Position numbers and translations under genes: made by a program | From: a virus | Taxonomy: Duplodnaviria > Caudoviricetes | DNA length: 61,030 nt | Virus record (IMG/VR): IMGVR_UViG_3300025849_000037 | Span: 1 to 61,030 of that record | Direction: 5' to 3' (one strand) | Shown: positions 15,980 through 25,000 of the stretch, in pieces | Layout: the number at the start of each line of letters is the position of its first letter | Numbering within the stretch: position 1 is the stretch's first letter | Notes under the pieces: model-generated | The model's database searches: none | Told to the model about the DNA's origin: nothing | What the model saw: only the letters and a program-made list of their open reading frames with translations

Positions 15980-16714
15980 ATGAAAAAGTCTAAACAATCA
16001 CGTCCACGTTTGAGCGGTGCTAAGAAGACTAACTTTGAATACTTCAACAGCGGAGACAACAGAGTCTTAGTTATTGGAGATATCCACGCACCATTCGACT
16101 TAGACGGCTATCTAGACCATTGTAAAGAAACTTATGAGCGCTACAATTGTAACAAGGTTGTGTTCATTGGCGATGTCATTGACAACCACTACTCTTCATA
16201 CCACGAGACTGATGCTAACGGCATGGGCGGTGGCGACGAACTAAAGTTCGCTATCAAGAGACTTGCGCCTTACTACAAGGCATTCCCCGAAGCTGTTGTG
16301 TTGTGGGGTAACCACGATAGACTAATCATGCGTAAAGCACAGACTAGCGGTCTTCCTGCTGAATGGCTACGCGACATCTCAGAAGTATTGCAGACACCTA
16401 AGTGGGAGTTCATGATGGACTACTACCTTGATGGAGTGCGCTACACTCACGGAGACGGCTCGGGTAAAGCTAAGACTGCTTGTGTTCGTGATATGCAGTC
16501 TACGGTAACGGGACACTACCACACGGATTTCTATGTAAACTACCACGTCGGTGCTAACACTCGTGTGTTCGGTATGGCTGTTGGTTGTGGTATTGATGAC
16601 AAGTCTTACGCTATGGGCTACGCTAAAGGCGGTAAGAAGTCTGCTATCGGTTGTGGTGTTGTTCTTGACGGGACTACAGCAATCGCAGTTCCAATGAGAC
16701 TAGGCGGTAAGTAA
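15980..16714 (+). CDS. Calcineurin-like metallophosphoesterase
   Basis: GDIH, GDVID, GNHD, THG and GHYH motifs. Confidence 0.9.
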   Translation: MKKSKQSRPRLSGAKKTNFEYFNSGDNRVLVIGDIHAPFDLDGYLDHCKETYERYNCNKVVFIGDVIDNHYSSYHETDANGMGGGDELKFAIKRLAPYYKAFPEAVVLWGNHDRLIMRKAQTSGLPAEWLRDISEVLQTPKWEFMMDYYLDGVRYTHGDGSGKAKTACVRDMQSTVTGHYHTDFYVNYHVGANTRVFGMAVGCGIDDKSYAMGYAKGGKKSAIGCGVVLDGTTAIAVPMRLGGK

Positions 16715-16812
16715 TGCTTATCTTAATTTATTACTCAGTAGTAGCAGCCGTGGGTGTTCTCATGGGCGCTACGCTGTGGTACATAGAAAAGTATTGGAAA
16801 CATGATAGCTGA
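16714..16812 (+). CDS. Small TM peptide (32 aa)
   Basis: Read by hand: MLILIYYSVVAAVGVLMGATLWYIEKYWKHDS; TAATG coupling. Confidence 0.5.
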   Translation: MLILIYYSVVAAVGVLMGATLWYIEKYWKHDS

Positions 16813-16885
16813 TTTTATCATAGGTGCGGTAGTCGTAGGACTATGGAACGCATACCTAATATGGAAAATGAAAAGAGGTAAATAA
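16802..16885 (+). CDS. Small TM peptide (27 aa)
   Basis: Read by hand: MIADFIIGAVVVGLWNAYLIWKMKRGK. Confidence 0.5.
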   Translation: MIADFIIGAVVVGLWNAYLIWKMKRGK

Positions 16886-16970
16886 GCACCACTAACAAGA
16901 GTTCAAGCATATAAAGATGGGAAATTCCATCAAATCATATGCATAAACACAACCTTTAACACCAAAGAGA

Positions 16971-17276
16971 ATGTACAAAGTATCAATTGAAAACCTACAT
17001 GACGCATATCTAAAGGGGTATGCCGATGCACTAAACAAAAAAGCCAACATGGAAAACGGCTTGGAAGTTTACGATTGGCTGTCGGGCACAAAGCGTGTCG
17101 ACACGTCAGTCGAAGGAGTCGAGACTGCAGACAACCTGCAATCATGGCAGACTGAAATCATCAACAAAGAGATTGAGGATTTTTACAACGAGGACACAGA
17201 GGAAAGACTAATCATTCCTCGTGACCCATTTGGAGAGCATTTTACAATTAACCCTAATTCAGCAGAAGAAAAATGA
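16971..17276 (+). CDS. Hypothetical protein (101 aa)
   Basis: ORF with ATGA coupling downstream. Confidence 0.7.
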   Translation: MYKVSIENLHDAYLKGYADALNKKANMENGLEVYDWLSGTKRVDTSVEGVETADNLQSWQTEIINKEIEDFYNEDTEERLIIPRDPFGEHFTINPNSAEEK

Positions 17277-17614
17277 AAGCATTCGCAGAAAAAGCAACAC
17301 TGATGGCCGACGGAGACGGCATCAAACTCTATGAAGTCATTTGGTATGACGGACACGGAAAGAAGCATCTAGACACAGCTAGAGGACACAACATGAAGTC
17401 AGCGCTAGACACTATTCTTAAACAGAAGAAAGCCGACACCATTAAGTCTGTCCCCGAGTGGGTTTGGATTTTACTCTACATGGTATTTTCGGGCACTTTT
17501 GCGGCCTCTGTACTCTATGGCGGAGTCAACATATTATCAGCCTTATTGGGCGGCATAGCAATAGCCTTAGTGGGTTATATGTTTATCAATAAGTACTTCC
17601 GATATACAGAATAA
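17273..17614 (+). CDS. Membrane protein with two C-terminal TM segments
   Basis: Hydrophobic C-terminal half. Confidence 0.7.
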   Translation: MKAFAEKATLMADGDGIKLYEVIWYDGHGKKHLDTARGHNMKSALDTILKQKKADTIKSVPEWVWILLYMVFSGTFAASVLYGGVNILSALLGGIAIALVGYMFINKYFRYTE

Positions 17615-17648
17615 TTTCGTATATTTGAAGGCTCTTGAGATTAACTAG

Positions 17649-17671
17649 GGGGATGCGAAAGCGTCCCCTTT
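17649..17671 (+). terminator. Intrinsic terminator
   Basis: GGGGATGC-GAAA-GCGTCCCC-TTT. Confidence 0.7.
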
Positions 17672-17702
17672 GTTGTCTCTATGTTTAACTAAATCACTTA
17701 TT

Positions 17703-17936
17703 ATGGGAAAATTCGTAATAGACCCCAATCGCTACGTTAAGCGCAATACCAAGAAAATACAACATAGACTAATTAGAACTTGGACATCATTAACCACAAG
17801 GGACGGAAACCTTTACATGATAGATGATAAGATGTACCAAGTAAGCAAAGGAAGATATACGTACATAGGTAAAGTATGTGACATGTATGAAGGGGATTAC
17901 ACGAGTATTCCTGCAGTAGAAATCATTAAAGACTAA
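17703..17936 (+). CDS. Hypothetical protein (77 aa; ATG 17703)
   Basis: In-frame ATG with AT-rich leader. Confidence 0.65.
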   Translation: MGKFVIDPNRYVKRNTKKIQHRLIRTWTSLTTRDGNLYMIDDKMYQVSKGRYTYIGKVCDMYEGDYTSIPAVEIIKD

Positions 17937-17944
17937 AAGAAAAT

Positions 17945-18067
17945 ATGGGAGAATTTGAAATGGACGGAGACTTTGCGGACTTCGTTAACGACCTAACAGA
18001 AGACAAAGCAAACGAGAATGCAGTATGCGGCCTAGACGGGTCTGATTGCGATAGCTGTGGCTCTTAA
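17945..18067 (+). CDS. Small acidic Cys-tail peptide (40 aa)
   Basis: Read by hand: MGEFEMDGDFADFVNDLTEDKANENAVCGLDGSDCDSCGS. Confidence 0.65.
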   Translation: MGEFEMDGDFADFVNDLTEDKANENAVCGLDGSDCDSCGS

Positions 18068-18286
18068 ATGTGTATGCAATGTAAAGGGATGTGCGAGTCT
18101 TGTAAGGCTGAGTACATCAACACACGACTCCAAAGATGCGCTAGTCTGTTTGCGAACTTGGGAATTGACTCAACCCCTGCTGAAAGGGAGTACGCTTACG
18201 CTAAAGAAAAACTTTTGCTTGAACAAATTCGTAAGGTAGACTTGGAAAAAGGTAACCGACTTCTTAATATAGAAGTAGACGAATAA
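18068..18286 (+). CDS. Small protein with CxxC-CxxC N-terminus
   Basis: MCMQCKGMCESCK. Confidence 0.7.
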   Translation: MCMQCKGMCESCKAEYINTRLQRCASLFANLGIDSTPAEREYAYAKEKLLLEQIRKVDLEKGNRLLNIEVDE

Positions 18287-18297
18287 ACAATTTAATT

Positions 18298-18507
18298 ATG
18301 CCTAATTATATTCATAAAGAAACGGGAGAACTTAAACGTTTCCCATCAGTAAGAATCTCTTGGGACTCAGAAACGGGCGAGAAGTCTGAAGTCTGTCTAG
18401 ACACCAACGAGAACATCTTAGAAAATTACATAGCTGAAGAAGCGGCAGGAGACTACTCGTCTATCAAAATGAAGAAAGCGTTCGGTGACGGACGTGGTGT
18501 ACGATAG
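18298..18507 (+). CDS. Hypothetical protein (69 aa)
   Basis: Last gene of the + strand early/middle block. Confidence 0.7.
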   Translation: MPNYIHKETGELKRFPSVRISWDSETGEKSEVCLDTNENILENYIAEEAAGDYSSIKMKKAFGDGRGVR

Positions 18508-18517
18508 TGTTCACTAT

Positions 18518-18568
18518 AACTATGTCGCAGCTATAGAGGCTGTGCGAGTTCATGACTCGGGCATAGTT
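18518..18568 (+). ncRNA. tRNA-like three-way-junction element 7
   Basis: P1 AACTATGTC/GGCATAGTT, P2 GCAGC-TATAGAG-GCTGT, G, P3 CGAGT-TCATG-ACTCG abutting P1. Confidence 0.65.
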
Positions 18569-18623
18569 CAAGAGACGATTACAAGTCTATAAATTGTAAC
18601 AGCACCCACGGGAATGGGATAAT

Positions 18624-18656
18624 AGAAAGGGGGCTTAATTGCCCCCATTTCTTTTT
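18624..18656. terminator. Bidirectional terminator between convergent blocks
   Basis: AGAAA-GGGGGC-TTAATT-GCCCCC-ATTTCTTTTT. Confidence 0.75.
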
Positions 18657-19059
18657 ACTCTTCTTTCTTCTTCCAAACTCTCATAGCTTTCTCGATACCA
18701 CGACTACCAATGTAGAATGTGATGAATGCTGTGTAGGTTGTTTCGATTAAAGGGAGATACGCTTTGTTGATTGTGAACGTTCCGATGTTACCATCTGTAA
18801 GGATGATTAGCAGAATCATGATAGTCCATATCATAAACCCTAATGGGCGTACAGACTTGGCTAGCCAATTATCGCTACCCATGTCAGCTTCTAAACGCTT
18901 GGTTAATTCTTTTTCATACTCAACCTCAGCGTTTGCAATTTCTTCTTCAGTGAGTTTGTACTCGTCGATTAGTTCAGCGACCTTTCCTAGGTTGCCGCTA
19001 GCGACTGCATCTTTTGCTCCCCCTGCGAGGAGTCTTAGTAAACTTCCTAACTTATTCAT
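18655..19059 (-). CDS. Holin, GTA 3TM-like
   Basis: R..ADM.SD.WL.K.VRP, TM helices and YIGSRGIEK motif. Confidence 0.75.
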   Translation of the reverse strand: MNKLGSLLRLLAGGAKDAVASGNLGKVAELIDEYKLTEEEIANAEVEYEKELTKRLEADMGSDNWLAKSVRPLGFMIWTIMILLIILTDGNIGTFTINKAYLPLIETTYTAFITFYIGSRGIEKAMRVWKKKEE

Positions 19060-19064
19060 TGTTT

Positions 19065-22000
19065 CTATTTATTTAATATCATTACTATCTTAACTAGTGC
19101 GTTCTCACCATCCTTTAGAGCGTAGTATTTAAGGAAGTCTGCTTTGAACGCTTTGGCCTCTTGTGGAGTCATTGTATTCATTATGACCTTAGCAGCCATT
19201 GCAGCATCACGAGCATCGGGTGCTTTAACGTGGATGTCACGTATCGTGTTGATGTACTTGTTACTAGGTAGTTTGTCAGCTTCAACAGACTTGACTACTT
19301 TATCGCCCATGATAGAGTTAACAGTACCCTCAACCGCTAATGGATTATCCTTAACCTTAGACTTGACCTTATCAATCATTAAGTCTGTTCCTTTCTGCTC
19401 GTTGATAATCATTCTACCGATAGCTTCGTTTTCGTTAGTGATACCACGCTTACCTATTTGACGCTCACGCATCTTAATAGCCGCTACGGATTCCTTAGCG
19501 AAGTACCCCGTGAATCCACCCGTTACCATGAGTACTAATTTAGAACCCTCTAGTTTAGCCATCTTCCTAGCGTCAGCCGTAGACAAGAACTTCTTAGTTC
19601 CGAACGTTGTGACGTAGTAAGGATTCTTCTCTAAGGTCAAAGACCTTACGTTACTCATAGCTAGAACCAACTCAACGCCAACGTCTCCGTATACACCACC
19701 TGCCTTCAGCATAGTGATAAACGACATATCTCCACGTCCTTGCCCGTTGAACTTAGGCATACCATTAACTCTCTCCCATGCTTGGAAATTCTCATACCAA
19801 CTTCTATCCTCAAAGTTATTCTTCTTAGATTCGTCTGTAGCCATGAAGTCTAGCATGTTGTAGGCTGTTGTAGCCCACGCTTCCATTGCCCCTACAGGCA
19901 TAATTAACGGGTTCATATCGCTTAGCATACCTTTCTTGAACAAGCCCCAACGGAACTCTTTATCGAACCAAGAATCCTCTTCTTCCTCTTCACCACCGCC
20001 GATAGCACGAGCTAGAGACATGATTAAAGGAGCTATAACAAACTGACTCATTCCGTGGAACGCTGCAACTTCTAAAGCAGTACCACCAATAGAACGCAAA
20101 CCCTCTACAGTAGTTCCTTTCTTTCCTACTTTTTGGAAGTCTAACATAAGGTTCAACTTCTTGTTAATGAGGAAGTTAGCGAACGGCATAACCAACATCT
20201 GCATAACAGAGGCAATCTGCCCCGAGTTCAAATTACGGAACTCAGACTTGTCGCGACTAGTAGATATGTTTTGGTCTTTTGTAACCATGAGACTAGCGTA
20301 GTCTGCAGCGGCTGCATCGAAGTTTTTATTCCAATCTAACCAAGTCTCTTCAGTTACATTGCCTGTAAATCCATTCTCTTTTCTTTGGTATTGCTCGAAG
20401 TACATCAACCATGATGCAGTAGCTACAACTTGGTCAGTCTTTCTAAGACCGAACGTAGAGATATCAAAGCCCTTCTTGCGTACTTTAGCCCATTTACCAT
20501 TCTCTGTAACTGCGTTACCCTTAACTGTGGCGCTTACAGTCTCTTTGATGTAGTCTCTCTGACCGATGTCAGACTTGCTTAGTATAGCCTTAACTCCTTT
20601 AGGGTATTTACCCGTTAGAGTCTGTAGTACATATCCAATCAAAGAAAGTGGGTTACCACCCTCTAAAACGGTATTCATGATAGCACCCGACTGCTTAGCA
20701 ATCTGTGTAACGGCTGTACCGAAATAGTATAAGACGGTAAGATTGTTCAACTCTTTTGTTACTTTCTTGAGAGTCTGTCCCAACAACTCGTCTTGTTGCT
20801 CAGCGGCCACAGCATTCTCAGTAAGGAATAACATAACCTTCTTACGCACCTTTTGACGCTGCTCGGGCTGCAATACAGTAGCTTTAAACTCTTCGTTGGC
20901 CTCAGATGTCATAGTAGATATCTTAGCAACTGCAGGAGCTGTACGAGCCTTCACTTCGTTCTGTCTGTATGACTTAGATAATCCGTCTAGGAAGTTAAGG
21001 TCTAGATATCTAGTCTTGCTACCCATCGCCTCATCGTTACGCTCATACGTAGATGACGCTTGCTCTGTAGCCTTAGACATTCCATAGCTTCTAAATGCAG
21101 CTTGTACGTTCTCTATATTCTCTTGTAGAGCGTTTATATTATCGTTATTAGAACCAACAGAACGGAACTTAATAGGAAGGTAGTTATTCTCTTCTTTGAA
21201 GTTCATTCCTAGGAACTCTTCAGCATAGGTCTTTGTTCTGATGCCCTGTACTCCGAATGAGCTACGCATAGCCTCAACAAACTGAGCTTCCTTAGTCCCT
21301 TCGAAGGATTCCATAATCTCGTCGTAGTTCTTCTTTTTGTTGTTGCTAGTGTATAGAACCTCGTCAAATGCCGCTCTAATATCTTGGCGTTGACTCTCTG
21401 TAAATCGCTTATCACTAACCAATGACAACTCTAGACTAGCTACTACCTGAGCTAAATGCTGTGTTGTGTTCTTACCTTCAGGAACTTGAGAGAGCACAGA
21501 TAGAATCTGCATCTTGATTTGACTAGTTAATGAAGTTACACCGAGCTCTTTAGCTACCTCTATCATGTTCTCATCAAACACGTTAGATATACTATCTGCT
21601 TGACTTACAGCGGAGCGCAACTCAGAGAATCCAATTACCTCTAGGAATTGTGCTGTCTTTGCTTCACTAGCTAGGAATAGTCTACGGAAGTAAGATGGAG
21701 TGTTTTCGAAACGTCCGAATACCCCTTTACCTGCTCCCTCTTTCTCTCTAGACTTCATGTTCAATGCAGCCAATCTAGGGTTGTTATCGTTCTTAGCAAC
21801 CGCAACAGCAGCCAATGCCTGCATACCTAACGCTCTACCATTAACAGCAAAGTCATACATAGCAAACTCTAAACGCTTGAGTTCTAGTGGTGTTAGCTTC
21901 TGCATACGCGACTTAACAATCTCTGCAGCGACAGCATCCTCTGTGTTAGTAGGAACGCCGAATATCTGAGCCAAAGCCTCGTTAGACTCTAGTAGTCTGC

Positions 22001-25000
22001 GGAAGTTCAGGTAGGTTGGAAGTATAGCCTGATTGATGATAGTCTGCTTCTGTGCATTTAACTTTTCTGCCTTCTCTTCACTGTATAACTGAGACGCAAC
22101 TTCGAAGTCGTTGATGTCATTAAGGTCAAGACCCATTTCATCAGCAATAGCTTTAAGTTTCTTTTGTACACCTTTAAGGTCTTTCTCTGCAATCTTTTGC
22201 ATTAGTCCTTCGTACTCTGTAACCCAATCTGTCTCGTTCTCAAATGCTAAGTCTGTTGCTTGCTCTACTAAGGCTTTCTCCTGTAGTGCAACTTCCTCAG
22301 TTTTAAGGTTTTCGAATATCTCATTGAAGAACAATTTAGCACGACGGATATCAACGTATCCTAAGCCTTCAACTTCAACGTATGGTTGACCTAGTTTGCT
22401 TCCTCTGACGGATACAGACTTGGTACTGATGTTAAGGTCTTTTATAGCACTTTCTAGGAGTATCAACGACTCAGCAGACAACATAGCAGGGTTAAGGCTA
22501 GTCATGTCTAGAATCTGTTCTGCATAACTAATTAATGGGCTTCTAGATGTAGCTTTTAATTTAGTTAATCTATCTCTTAGTTTCTTTTGTTCTTTCTCTA
22601 CTTTTCTTAATCTGTTAGTATACTCATCTAATCCTTGAGAAGTTAATTGTTTATCTATAATTTTAACTACTTTATCTATAACAGAATTGAGTAATTCATA
22701 TCTAGCATCAGTATCTAAAACACCACGACCTTTTGCTCTAGAAACTTTCTTAGCAATACGAATTAATGTTTGAACTTGAGATGCTTTGATATCAACTCCT
22801 GCCTCTTTGATGAGATTCATCATTTCACGAAGGATAACATCCCCCGTTTTCTTTTCTTGTTTTAGAATAGCTGCAGCCTTCTTACGGAAGTCCTTAGCTT
22901 TAGCACTCTCAGCTTTGCGCTCTGCTTTACGCTTAGCAGCCAACTGAGCACTACGCTCTTTAGTTCCTTCACTCCAACCTTTCTTAGCACCCTTAGCGAA
23001 CTGAGAAGACTTAGCATAAACCAAGTTAGCATCAGCACGGCTCATGCCTTTAGCACGCAAGCTAGCGATGATGTCAGCCTTCTTCTCTCCCATTAGGATA
23101 CGTTGAGCAGTCTCGTCGACGATAGTAGCTTGGTGGAAGATAGCAGCCTTACGCTTTGTCTCGGGGTTAACAGACTCTGCCATTGCCTCAAAGGAAACTC
23201 CTTCGTTACGAGCAGCTCTTTCTAGAACCAACCCTACAGGAAGTACAGTGTTTATGAATTTTTTCTTACCATCCTTAAACTCTACCTCTTTTGCCTTGCC
23301 TTCCTCGACTAACTCTGCAGCAGCCTTATTCAAAGCGTCTTGACGGCCATCCATAGTCTGTCCCGCGATAAGAGATTCTAAAAGTACATCTCCATCGTAT
23401 GAAGTACCTGCATCAGATACAACTCTTTTTAATGACTTGTCTCCTGCTTTTTCAACAGAAACATAACCACTCTTAAGTGTAGAGATACCACTAATACCAA
23501 ACTCTTCTATATCTTTCTTGGTTGGTGCTTTAATTCTGTTTGCGAATGTAAAGTTACCTTGTCTTCTAGCTTCAACAGCAGCTTTCGCTATTAGTGTTTT
23601 CTTAGCATTTTGACGCTCTTTGCTGTCTTTTTCTAGGGTCTGCATCTCTGCAACCTCTTCCTTGTTTAAGAGACCTTCAGCCAAAGCCATTTCAACTTTA
23701 GATTCTCCCGACAGTTCTTTTTCACTAGTCGTAGATGCCGCTAAGTCTGCTACTTGATATATGTTATCTTTTCTATTAGCAATACCTAATGCTTTACCCT
23801 TGATGTCTGTAGAGTATGTAGAGTGCTTACCGTCTTGAGTAAGTACCTTTCCATCTTCACCTCTCTCAAACTCGTAGAAAGCGTAGATATCACCCGTGTT
23901 AAATCCGTTTTCAGTTAGGTATCCATCACGCATATCGTTTTGGTAGTCGTCCGCAGACTTCATACCTGCATTAGACATGAAGCTAGCCATCTCTCCACTA
24001 GGTTCTAAGAACATATTGAGACCACTCATTCTGTCTCCTTTAGAATCTGCTAGGTACGCTTCAAGGGTTTCGTGCTTTGCAACCTCAGTCATGAAGCTAC
24101 CACGGCCTTCTTTCTTGTCTTCTTTAGACTCCTTGTAAATTGCAACAGGTTTCTTTCCGTTTTCTGCTAGCGCATTGTAGAAAAACTTAACTGCTTGTAA
24201 TGGGTCTGTGAATCCTTCCGCAGGAACTTCTATGCTGAACGGGTTTCCACGCATAGGGTACTCAACAGACTTACCTTTATTTCTGTTAAGTGCTTCCATC
24301 AACTCGGTGTAGACGACTTGCGACGTACCTTTGTAGAATCTGTGTCCCGTCTTAGGGTGACCCGATACGATAGCAACTATGTCTGCATCTTTGACTAGAC
24401 CTTGTACCTCGTTGTTGTTTTTGTTTGTTGCCCATACTACACCATTGTCAGTATTAGATGAGTCTTGAGAGAAAGATATACCACCCTCTAACTCAATCTC
24501 AGTTCCGTCTAATGTCTTGTAAGTACCACGAGCCGATTGGTCACCCATCCAAAACAAAATCTTTGGAGCACGACCACCGTTTTCTTTCTTGAAGTTCTCA
24601 ACAACCTCAGCAAGGTTAGTAAAGTTTGTTTCACCGTTGATAAACGAACCTGCAAACTTCTTACCTTTAGCTACCTTTATGGTTGCTTCCTTTGCTGCAT
24701 TTAGCTTGTTTACCTCTTCCTCGTTCATTTGAAGGAAGTTATCAGTAGATACGGGGTTGTTTCCAAACGCTCCTTTAGACTCAGTCAACGCTTCTCCTAA
24801 TTGGAAGTCTGTAGTTACATTAGATACGTAGGTAGCAAACTCCTTGAAGCTAGGGCTAGCCTTTACGGGAATACCTGCAGCGTTCAACGACTTAGCCAAA
24901 GAACCCATAGCGGCACGTACAATTGAAGTACCTGCTCCCTCTTGGCTTATTGCACCTGTTGCGATATCAGCATTCATTTCAGCGAATACCTCTTCAACAG

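Noticed and set aside
4518-18520. TCACTATA as a T7-like phage promoter
   Set aside because: The upstream T7 specificity region is not conserved among the copies and no single-subunit RNA polymerase is encoded.
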